The notes beneath the pieces are model-generated. The model had not been told where the DNA came from and searched no databases. It was given only the letters and a program-made list of their open reading frames with translations. Positions 1-9,927 of a DNA stretch of 64,000 bases are shown here, piece by piece. The position numbers and the translations under genes are program-made. The stretch's first letter is position 1. Each line of letters opens with the position of its first letter. The DNA is taken from the NCBI RefSeq assembly GCF_006345805.1, contig NC_043002.1:109244001-109308000 (forward strand), in the 5' to 3' direction. This DNA comes from Octopus sinensis (lineage: Eukaryota).

Positions 1-769
1 CTCCAGATCTGTGCGACACACAAATGCCACTGCATATTTTCCCTTCTCAAAATAACAAAAAGCAATGATTTCAGATTTTGGCACAAGGCCAGCAGTTTGA
101 GGGGAGAGACCAGTGGATTAACATCAGTGCAAGTATTCAACTGGTACTTATTTCATTGATCAAAAAGAATGAAAGGCAAAGTTGCCCTTGTCAGAACGTG
201 AGGATGGATGGAATGCCACTAAGCGTTTAGCCAAATACACTCAGGATTCATTGAAAGGTGGTAATGGAAAGAATTCTGTATAATTGTTATGAAGCTACTT
301 CTGGCCACTTTAAATGAAAACATCTATTTATCTAAGTCTGCCGAGTTGGAATCTTATGAAAATTGAAACCGGTGATAGAAGCACACTCTGCAATATGTAG
401 GAAAGCATTGTCAATTATTGTTGCCAAATAAGACAATAACACTCTCACCCACCACAAATGGAGGAAAGCATTTTCTAGAAATGTTTACTTAGGGGAGAAT
501 GCATTATACACTCTGTAAAGTGCTTGGCATTAGAAAGGGCATCCAGCTGTAGAAACCATGCCATAACAGACAATGGAGCCTTACTGGTTCCCGTCAAACT
601 GTCCGACATTTGTCAGGATTGAAAATGGACATTAAATAATAATGATAAGGAACAGACAACATAAATAAAAGTTGTGACTTGCTGATCTGTGATTGAGATA
701 TTGTTGAGAATATAGTCAATCACATACACAAATAGCTACTCATTTCACAACTTTTTAGTCAGTAGCATC

Positions 770-795
770 TAATACTTATTTTATTTTTCTTTCAG
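770..795 (+). promoter_or_regulatory. Splice acceptor of the ZNF coding exon (A)
   Basis: ttatttttctttcAG|GACA. The same acceptor is conserved before B (6091), C (14177), D (29091, minus), E (47098) and A' (57062). Confidence 0.75.
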
Positions 796-916
796 GACAT
801 TTCCATTTGAAAGAAGATTGTGTGCAGAGGATACTGCAACTCTGTTATGTTACGCTAGAGTTTTAACGACCAATATCTTCAGAATGAAAAGAGGAAACTG
901 TAAAATTCAACTGAGA

Positions 917-2032
917 ATGTTTCAGGAAGTGAGCAAACTTTACAAATGTGGTATTTGTGATCAAGTACTTACTACAAAATCTAATTTAGCTATTCATAGG
1001 CGCACACATACTAGGGAAAAGCCATACAACTGTGAAGTATGTGAGAAAGCACTCTCTCAAAAAGGAAATGTAATAGAACACAAATGTACCCACACAGGAG
1101 AGAGACCATTTCACTGTGAAATATGTGGAATATCATTTTCTGATAAAGGTTACATAAAGATTCACAAACGTACTCACACTGGAGAGAAACCATACCACTG
1201 TGAAATATGTGGAAAATCATTTTCTCATAAAGGTTACATAAAGATACACAAACGTGTTCACACTGGAGAGAAACCATATCACTGTGAAATCTGTGGCAAA
1301 GCATTTTCTGTATTTAGTAGTGTAAAATATCATCAACTTTCTCACACTGGAGAAAAACAATATGATTGTGAAATCTGTGGCAAACTATTTTCTCGACGTA
1401 CTCATTTATCAACACATAGACGTGTTCACACTGGGGAGGAGCCATACAAGTGTGATGACTGTGGGAAAGCTTTTAAGTATGCGAGTAACTTTGAAAGACA
1501 CAGAGGTGTGCATTCAAAACCTTACCACTGTGAAATCTGTGATAAAACATTTTCCGCAAAAGAGATTTTAACAATACACGAACGTGTTCACACTGGAGAG
1601 AGGCCATATGATTGTGAAGTATGTGGGAAAGGATTTCCAAGTAGGGGTCACTTAATAAGTCATAAACGTACTCACATGGAGGAAAAACAACACCACTGTG
1701 AAATCTGTGGGAAAGCATTCACTGTAAAATATGCTCTGACATTACACAAACGTATTCACACAGGAGAGAAACCATATCACTGTGAAGTTTGTGGAAAAGA
1801 CTTTTCTGGTAGTTGTGGCTTAAATAAACACAAACGTATTCATACTGGGGAAAAACCGCATCACTGTGAAATCTGTGGCAAAGCATTTTCTGAAAGTTGT
1901 ACTTTACAAAGACACAGACGTATTCACACAGGAGAGACACCATATCACTGTTTAATATGTGGAAAAAGTTTTTCATTTCAGACCAGCTTAATGATACATA
2001 ACCGTATTCATACCGGAGAAAAGCCACACTAA
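917..2032 (+). CDS. Poly-C2H2 zinc-finger protein, paralog A (13 fingers, no effector domain)
   Basis: 13 C-x2-C-x12-H-x3-H repeats with TGEKP-type linkers. ATG at 917 (MFQEVSK) is homologous to the starts of B-E; an in-frame upstream ATG exists at 884. Preceded by a pyrimidine-tract acceptor (AG 794-795). The ORF-track start at 818 is a TTG. Confidence 0.9.
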   Translation: MFQEVSKLYKCGICDQVLTTKSNLAIHRRTHTREKPYNCEVCEKALSQKGNVIEHKCTHTGERPFHCEICGISFSDKGYIKIHKRTHTGEKPYHCEICGKSFSHKGYIKIHKRVHTGEKPYHCEICGKAFSVFSSVKYHQLSHTGEKQYDCEICGKLFSRRTHLSTHRRVHTGEEPYKCDDCGKAFKYASNFERHRGVHSKPYHCEICDKTFSAKEILTIHERVHTGERPYDCEVCGKGFPSRGHLISHKRTHMEEKQHHCEICGKAFTVKYALTLHKRIHTGEKPYHCEVCGKDFSGSCGLNKHKRIHTGEKPHHCEICGKAFSESCTLQRHRRIHTGETPYHCLICGKSFSFQTSLMIHNRIHTGEKPH

Positions 2033-2374
2033 TGAGAAATATGCAGGAAAGCATTTTCTGAAAAATCTATCATGTTAATTCATAAATGCTCTCATACTGG
2101 AGAAAAACCATATCACTGTGAAGTTTGTGGCAAGGAATTTTCCAATAGTGGCAGCTTAAAAGGACATATACATATACACACTGGAGAGAAATCACATCAC
2201 TGTGAAATCTGTGGTAAAGCATTTCCTAACTTGAGGTGTTTAATAAGGCATAATCGTACTCATACTGGGGAATAACCATACAGCTGTGTTATTTGTGGGA
2301 AATCATTTCATCACAGTGATTATATATCTACTCATAAATGTACTTTTAATGATGGAGATAAACCTTACCACTGA
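2033..2374 (+). pseudogene. Fossil C-terminal fingers in the 3'UTR of A
   Basis: In frame after TAA-TGA: EICRKAFSEKSIMLIH...[17 protein letters not shown]...[52 protein letters not shown], matching the coding C-terminus of D. Confidence 0.85.
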
Positions 2375-4522
2375 CTTTTGTAGGAAAGCATATTATAAAA
2401 CCATTTTGTTGTGATATTTGTATTAAAGAATTTATGTATATGAATATTATTAAATTATTATAATTGTTTACAATATGTTTAGTGTATTTTTTGGAAGTTG
2501 TAAATTTTTTCATTTTTAATGTTACTTGTTAGGTCACATGTATCATATGATATGGTTAGAGTGAGAAAACCGTTGTTACTATTACTACTACTAGTGGCAA
2601 TGCAACAGAATTAGGGAGACATACAACACTCCATCCACTGCACACAGTTACCTGGCTGCTGTTGAAGAGATAGTATCAAAGTGTAGAAAGGAGTCAGGAC
2701 TAAATACAAGGCCATCATGGAGAATGATGCAAATTGGGATGTGCCCCCTTTACACAAGTAAATCCTGGAATAGCATGGAAAGGACGAAGATAGGTAGGTA
2801 AGGCCAACTAACTCATGGTATAATAACTAAAACTACCAGAGTATTATGTTTGTTGATGCTACCCCTGTACGTGAACTAGCATATGTTTTTGGGAAAACCT
2901 TAGATAAGAAGAATCTCTGGATTAAAGTAATAGAAAGGCCAGGGATCTCCATAAAATACCAGATCTGTAAAACATCCATTTGAATGAACCACCTTTAAGG
3001 AGAGCAACAGTATTGTGTTTAGGATGAACCCACGGATAAACTGTAAAGTGAGGAATGTAGCTTAAAATATAAAGTGTAGTGAGGTATGGAAGAGAAAGAG
3101 GATATGACATACACAGGTGGAAGGTGAAGGAGAGAAGCTCATCAGCGCTCTACCAACATGCTCAATTAGGACATGAAGGCATGGTTAATAACAGATGTTA
3201 ACATATGAACACATAGATCAGACAATATGGAGGCCACACATGCAGTAGTAGACTGACTGAGAAAACGTGAATGGAATAACATCAGCTCCACTCCACCACA
3301 CTGCACAACCTGATGATGAAAAAGAGAATGAGGAGAAGAAAGACTGAAGGAGCTCCATCTCTCAAACATTGTAATTCTCAGAGTAGTTCTGTGGAAATAT
3401 CACTGCAACCAACTCCATTGTGCTAACTGTTTCTTCCCATTCCACCATGCACACACACACAGGCTAAGACCTAAAATACCTCAGTCTGCTGCAAACTTAC
3501 CAAGGCCAATAATTCTAACAAAGTCGCTTAAGTTACCTTCTGTCAGTGCCCCACACAAATATTTTCCATTCTCACCGAACTCTACCCGTCAGTCTTTTGC
3601 TCTCTGTCTTTCTGCGTGTATCCTGATTAATGTTTAACCTTCTGATCCTGATGATATATAACTAATTCTAAAAGAAAAGCCGCAAACTATTACCACTTCG
3701 CAAATGCTCAGACATGTACTGCGAACTAGCAAACTTTGGTTACAACTGATTAAAATGATGCTTCTATATTCTACACAAGTGAGACTTCTCTTGATGTAAT
3801 TTTTTTCCTTCTATCCACTCCAGTAACCCTGTATCAATTTGTCCTCACTCTAAATAAACTTTTGTTTCCGAAAGAATTCTTAGTCGTAACTAATCAGAAA
3901 AATGTCTTCAGCAAGTGTTGTACACAATCTTCTACAAATGAACTGGCCATCTCTAGAGGTGTATAGCAATGGAGATTGCTATATGAATATAAGGCTCTGA
4001 GGTCATCAGTTTAGTGATGGTATGTTGATACCACCACCTTACCGTTTTTCGTTGGTTATTACTTTTACAAAAGTTGTTCTCGTGTTGGGTCGACTCCATG
4101 ATTGTTTGTTGAAAGTTACGAGGTGGGTAAAATGGATCATGTGAATTTTCCAACAGTCCTCACCCCACCCATGTTCGTTTGTGCAATTTTTTTGTTTGCA
4201 TTCGTTTTCTGCAGTATTTAACATCAAGCAGGCTGCTTTATTTTTATTTTTATTTTTTTCATTAACGTAAGTCAATCTTCATATTGACCATTTTAGGGTT
4301 TGGGTTACGTAGATGCATCGAGACCTCTGTACTTAAGTAAGGACCCCTTTCTTTGGTCCAGAAAACGGGATGGGGTGCATCCCTCGGAAGTTTCACCTCA
4401 GTCCCATCCTCATTGGGAAGTACACTTGCATGATTTTCACTAAGGGGGAGAAAAAACGAGATTTTTGGCAGCAAATCCCATATTTTTGTTTGGAAAAAAA
4501 AAGTGGTGGGAATCATTACTCT

Positions 4523-4830
4523 TTTACTTGTTTGTCATTTGACTGTGGCCATGCTGGAGCACTACCTTTAGTCGAGCAAATTGCCTCCAGGCCTTATTCT
4601 TTGTAAGCCAAGTACTTATTCTGTCAGTCTCTTTTGCAGAACTGCTAAGTTACGAGGACGTAAACACACCAGCATCAGTTGTCAAGCAATTTTGGGGGCA
4701 CAAACACAGACACATACATATATACATATACAATGGGCTTTTTTCAGTTTTCGTCTACCAAATCCATTCACAAGGATTTGGTCGGCCCGGGGCTATAGAA
4801 GAAGACACTTGTCCAAGGTGCCACGCAGTG
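4523..4830 (-). mobile_element. tRNA-derived SINE (octopus-type family)
   Basis: gtcatttgactg.ggccatgctggagcac...tttcgtctaccaaatcc..cacaagg...agaagacacttg; multiple copies in the window. Confidence 0.75.
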
Positions 4831-5074
4831 GAAATTTTTTTTTGCCATTGAATGAATTACGGTGGCATATTAGGTCACTGTAATTGATTCAATGATAAAA
4901 AAACTGTTTTTTTGGTCTGGAAACAGGGTGGGGTGGGGTTGAAACTTAGGAAATTTTATTCCCTACCCCACTCCCAACGCTTTACATAAATACATTTTCC
5001 AGCGTGTGGATTATGCGGTTCGTTCTTAAATATATAGAGAATTTGAATTCATATTCCTTTATTTTTTTGTTTTT

Positions 5075-5385
5075 ATTGTCATTTGACTGCGGCCATGCTG
5101 GAGCACCATCTTTAGTCGAACAAATTGACTTCAGAACTTACTCTCTGTAAGCCTAGCACTTATTTTAGCAGTTTCTTTTGCTGAACCGCTAAGTTACGGG
5201 AATGTAAACGCACAAACATCAGTTGTCAAGTGATGGTGGGAGGACAAACACACACATATATATGACAGGCTTCTTTCAGTTTCCGTCTACCAAATCTACT
5301 CACAAGGCTTTGGTTGGCCCGAGGCTATAGTAGAAGACACTTACTTAAAGTGCCATGCAGTGGGACTGAACGCGGAACCGAGTGA
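5075..5385 (-). mobile_element. tRNA-derived SINE, same family
   Basis: Same consensus as 4523-4830, 23735-24072, 40003-40380, 45638-45975 and 49555-49937. Confidence 0.75.
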
Positions 5386-5444
5386 ATTTATATTGTGTGT
5401 ATTTTATGCTGAAAATGTTTTTTCTATAGTTGTAGTGTAAGCAT

Positions 5445-5594
5445 ATGTAAACATACATACACACACACACACACATGCACACATACATACGAAACATAGC
5501 CATATGTATGCATGCATGCACACATACGGCTATGTTTCGCCTCCCAGTCAAAACAAAAGAGTGCCTATGTGCCTATAGGCAATCATTACCTATA

Positions 5595-5638
<44 letters not shown>

Positions 5639-5640
5639 AG
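5445..5640. repeat. (CA)n/(CATA)n and (TA)n microsatellites
   Basis: Directly visible. Each tract is 6 nt longer in the duplicate copy at about 61712-61915. Confidence 0.9.
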
Positions 5641-6219
5641 TGTGTGGATGTATATGTAGATAAGAAAGGGTTAATGTTTACAATATTACCTGGAAACAAA
5701 TTAAACAAGAAACAGGGCTGTAAAAGCCTTGCCAAAACTGCCTCACCATTGCTTCTGCCATGTAAAAAGCACAAAGACCACTCTGCTGAGTAGTTGGTGT
5801 TAGAAAGGGCATCCAGCTGTAGAAACCATACCGAAACAGACAATGGAGCCTGATGGGGGCCCTGCTGGTACCTGTCAAACTATCCATCCCTTGCCAGGGT
5901 CAAAAACAGATATTAAATAATAATGATAAGGACTTAGGGAATATTCTATTAATCCTGAACAGAGACAACATAAATAAAAGTTGTGATTGTGAGATATTGT
6001 TGAGAATAGTTAATCATATACCACACAAACAGCTATTCATTTCACAACTTTTTGGTTGTTAGTATCTAAGATATATTTTATTTTCTTTCAGGACATATTT
6101 CCATTGGAAAGAAGATTATCTGCAGAGGATACTGTAAATCTGCTGTGTTCGGATAGAGATTTATCAACCAATTTATGTCTTCAGAATAAAAGAATAAAAC
6201 TGAAAATTTAACTGAGAGA

Positions 6220-7248
6220 ATGTCTGAGGAAGTGAGCAAACATTACGAATGCAGTATTTGTGGCAAACTACTTAGTACAACACGTAATTTAGCTATTCAC
6301 AGGCGCACCCATACTGGAGAAAAGCCATACAGCTGTGAAGTATGCAAGAAAGCATTCTCTGTTAAAACTTATTTAACAGAACACAAACGTACACATACAG
6401 GGGAAAAGCCATTTCACTGTGAAATATGTGGAAAATCATTTTCTAGTAAAGGTTACATAAAGATACACAAACGTACTCACACAGGAGAGAAACCATTTCA
6501 TTGTGAAATCTGTGGCAAAGCATTTTCGCTGTTTTGTAGTGTAAGAATTCATCAGCTTATTCACACTGGAGAAAAACAATTCCATTGTGAAATCTGTGGC
6601 AAAACATTTTCTCAAGTTGGTAATTTATCAAGACATAAGCGTACTCACACTGGGGAGGAAACATACAAGTGTGATGACTGTGGGAAAGCTTTTTCTACTG
6701 CAAGTGCCTGTGAAATACACAGAGGTGTGCACTCAAAACCTTACCACTGTGAAATCTGTGATAAAGCATTTTCTATAAAATACTCTTTAACAATACACAA
6801 ACGTCTTCATACTGGAGAGAAGCCATATCCTTGTGACATATGTGGGAAAGGGTTTACAAACAGAGGTACCTTAATGAGGCATAAACATAGTCACACAGGA
6901 GAAAAACGACACCACTGTGAAATCTGTGGGAAAGCATTTCCTCAAAAATATGGACTAACATTACACAAACGTATTCACACAGGAGAGAAACCATATCGGT
7001 GTGAAATTTGTGGAAAAGACTTTTCTGATAGTAGCAGCTTAAAAAGTCACAAACGTATTCATACTGGAGAAAAACCGTACTCCTGTGAAATCTGTGGGAA
7101 GGCATTTTCTGTAAATGGTAGTTTAAAAAGACACAGACGTACTCACACAGGAGAGAGACCATATCACTGTTTAATATGTGGACAAAAGTTTTCACTTAAG
7201 ACCAGCTTAACAATACATAACCGTATTCATACAGGAGAAAAGCCATAA
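6220..7248 (+). CDS. Poly-C2H2 zinc-finger protein, paralog B (12 fingers)
   Basis: 12 canonical fingers; acceptor AG at 6090-6091; in-frame TAG between acceptor and ATG, so there is no upstream coding exon. Confidence 0.88.
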   Translation: MSEEVSKHYECSICGKLLSTTRNLAIHRRTHTGEKPYSCEVCKKAFSVKTYLTEHKRTHTGEKPFHCEICGKSFSSKGYIKIHKRTHTGEKPFHCEICGKAFSLFCSVRIHQLIHTGEKQFHCEICGKTFSQVGNLSRHKRTHTGEETYKCDDCGKAFSTASACEIHRGVHSKPYHCEICDKAFSIKYSLTIHKRLHTGEKPYPCDICGKGFTNRGTLMRHKHSHTGEKRHHCEICGKAFPQKYGLTLHKRIHTGEKPYRCEICGKDFSDSSSLKSHKRIHTGEKPYSCEICGKAFSVNGSLKRHRRTHTGERPYHCLICGQKFSLKTSLTIHNRIHTGEKP

Positions 7249-7568
7249 ATAATGTGAGATATGTGGGAAAGCATTTCTGAAAAATCTGTCCTATTATTTC
7301 ATAAATGCACTCATCCTGGTTAAAAACCATATCACTGTGAAGTTTGTGGGAAGAAATTTTCATGTAGTGGCAGGTTAAAAAAACATACACACACTGGCAA
7401 TCTGCAAAATCTGTGGCAAAACATTTCCTAAATTGAGGTGTTTAATAAGACACAAGCGTACTCATACTGGGGTAAAACTGTGTTAATTATGGGAAATCAT
7501 TTACTCGCAGTGATTATGTATGTATTCATAAATGTATTGGTAATGATGGAGATAAACCTTACTACTGA
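7249..7568 (+). pseudogene. Fossil C-terminal fingers after B
   Basis: Frameshifted homolog of the D C-terminus, ending gataaaccttactactga. Confidence 0.8.
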
Positions 7569-7575
7569 CTTTTGT

Positions 7576-8281
7576 AAGCACAGCACAGTTGGCCATCTTG
7601 CGAGCCATGAACTCACTTTATTTGTCGCGTCTTCACAGTCACAGCATATCTCCAGAGGTCTTGGTCTTTTGTCATTGCCTCTGTGAGACCCAACGTTCGA
7701 AGGTCATGCTTGACCACCTCATCCCATGTCTTCTTGGGTCTACCTCTACCCCGGATTCCTTTCTAAACTTTGCCCAGGCTATTCTTATTCTAGTGGTAAC
7801 ACTCTCTGAGCATCCACCCCCACTACTAACTTGGTCACCTAGGTTGCAGAAGCTATTAACTACTTCTAGTTTCTTTGCCTGGTGTGTGATGGAATCTGTT
7901 TTCTGAGTATCTGTGGAACACGAAAGCTATCTTCTCGATGATGTTGCTGCACCTCTTATGTGTCCATAGCTTACACTGGGTACATTTTATGGAGTTTCTA
8001 CCTACACCTTTTCTACAGATCGAGGGTGTATGTAATCAGTTTGCCTTCCCACTTGCTAGAACTTTGGTCTTTGCTACATTGACTCTAAGGCCTTTTGATT
8101 CTAAACCTAGCTTCCACACCAGAAATTTCTTTTCTAGTTCCGGTAGTGATTCCGCTATGAGGGCCAGGTCATCAGCATAGAGGAGCTCCTAGAGGCAACC
8201 CATCTTGAATTCCTCTGTTATTGCCTATAATGAATAAAAGGGGACTGAACTCTGAACCTTCGTGGACCCCTACTTCTACCA
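7576..8281 (-). mobile_element. 5'-truncated, internally deleted RTE-type non-LTR retrotransposon fragment
   Basis: Minus strand encodes VEVGVHEGSEFSPLLF...ELLYADDLALIAESLPELEKKF..W..GLESKGLRVNVAKTKVL (YADD at 8168-8179) and CTQCKLWTHKRC. The 3' end matches 43690-43745 (tgctgtgctt). Confidence 0.8.
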
Positions 8282-8579
8282 AGGAAAATATTTTCTGAAA
8301 TATCTGTCCTATTATTTCATAAACGCACTCATATTGGAGAAATACCATATCACTGAAGTTTGTGGGAAGAAATTTTCCAATAGTGGCAGGTTAAAAAAAC
8401 ATACATACACACATTGGAAATCTGTTGTAAAACATTTCCTAACTTGAGGTGTTTAATAAGGCATAATCATACTCATATTAGGAAAAAACCATACAGCTGT
8501 GTTATTTGTGTTTAATCACAGTGATTATATATCTACTCATAAATGTCCTTTTAATGATGGAGATAAACCTTACCACTGA
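8282..8579 (+). pseudogene. Second fossil finger tail with no coding exon in front of it
   Basis: ggaaaatattttctgaaatatctgtcc...gataaaccttaccactga; shares diagnostic features with the tail of C. Confidence 0.75.
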
Positions 8580-9744
8580 CTTTTGTAGGAAAGCATATTA
8601 TAAAACCATATTGTTGTGATATTTGTATTAAAGAATTTATGTATATGAATGTTATTAAATTACTATAAATGTTTATAATATGTTTAGTGTATTCTTTGGA
8701 AGTTGTAGTAAATTTATCTTTTTAATGTTACTTGTTAGGTCACATGCATTATATGATATGGTTAAAATGAGAAAACGCTACTACTAGCAACCCGGCAAAA
8801 TTAGGGAGATGTACAACACTCCATCTACTGCATTCTCATAGAGAATGATGCAAATTTGGATCTGCCCACTCTATACAGGTAAATCCTGGAGTTGCATGGA
8901 AAGGATAAAGAAGATGGATAAGGCCAACTAACTCATAGTAAGATAACTAAAAATACAAGAGTATTATGTTCATTGATGTAGGTGAACAAGCATATAATTT
9001 TTGGAAAACCTTAGATGAGATGAATTTAGTAGTAGAAAGGACAGGGATCTCCATGAAATCCTAGATCAGAAACACATATCCATTTGAAAGAACCACCTGT
9101 AGGGAAAGCAGCTGTATAGTGTGTAGGATGAACCCACAGAAAAACTTAAGCTATGAATGTAGCTTACAGTGTGAGATATGGTAGAGAAACAAGACGATGA
9201 CATACAGGTGAGGGAGGAGAGAAGGTCAACAGTGCTCTACCAACATGCTCAATTAGAACATGGAGGCTTCGTTAATAACATAGATGTTAAGATATTATCA
9301 GTACAGACTAGATTATGGTGGCCATATATACAGTAGTGGATGGACTGAGCCTCAATAGAAAACATGAATGGATTGACTCCACTCTACCAAACTGGGCAAC
9401 CTGATGACGAAAGATTAAGAGGAAATACAGATAGATGCAGTATAATACATAAACCTGTGTACACAAACACAAGACATACTAAAGACAATGAGAAAGAAGA
9501 AAAATAAAAGATCCAGGTACAAAAAATGTAGTAAGGATACGCATATGCACACAAAACACACACCCAGATACAGCTGCAAGTTGTTGCGTAGATAAGGATA
9601 CATACCACAGAAATGCAAAATGGAATAAGCAGAATAAGAAGAGACATGGGATTGAGAATCACTGAGGAGGTCACAAGATGTTGGATGAAAGCGCTTTAGG
9701 AAAGAAACTAGATTAATGATTAAGCTGAAGAGAAGATGAAATAT

Positions 9745-9927
9745 GGTTGGATCATGCTGAACGAGCTACCACAAGATGTCTTTCAACTGCCCACCACTCC
9801 CCCGTTCAAAGAGGCTGTGGCAAATATGTATAAGAGTGTATATAACAACAACTGTTTTTTTTTTCTTTTATATGGCTTAAACACATTGTACTCTTCTCCT
9901 GCCAATAAATTTGATTTGATTTGATTG
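9745..9927 (+). mobile_element. CR1/L2-like LINE 3' end
   Basis: NELPQDVFQLPTTPPFKEAV-like RT terminus, aataaa and (tttga)n tail; absent at the homologous site in units C and E. Confidence 0.5.

Noticed and set aside
818-916. N-terminal extension of A given by the ORF track
   Set aside because: Starts at TTG; the homologous segment has in-frame stops in B and C, so it is most likely 5'UTR.
2030-2035. A-to-I editing of the stops to restore the C-terminal fingers
   Set aside because: TAA TGA would need three edits and give Trp-Trp in place of Tyr-Cys, destroying the finger. A has a further stop, and B, C and E tails have frameshifts.
1011-2054. Antisense ORFs over every ZNF gene (MLCHRFHS...)
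   Set aside because: Expected by-product of periodic finger codons read on the opposite strand; no independent evidence.
7249-8579. 300-bp target-site duplication around the RTE fragment
   Set aside because: The two copies differ at many sites and the second resembles paralog C.
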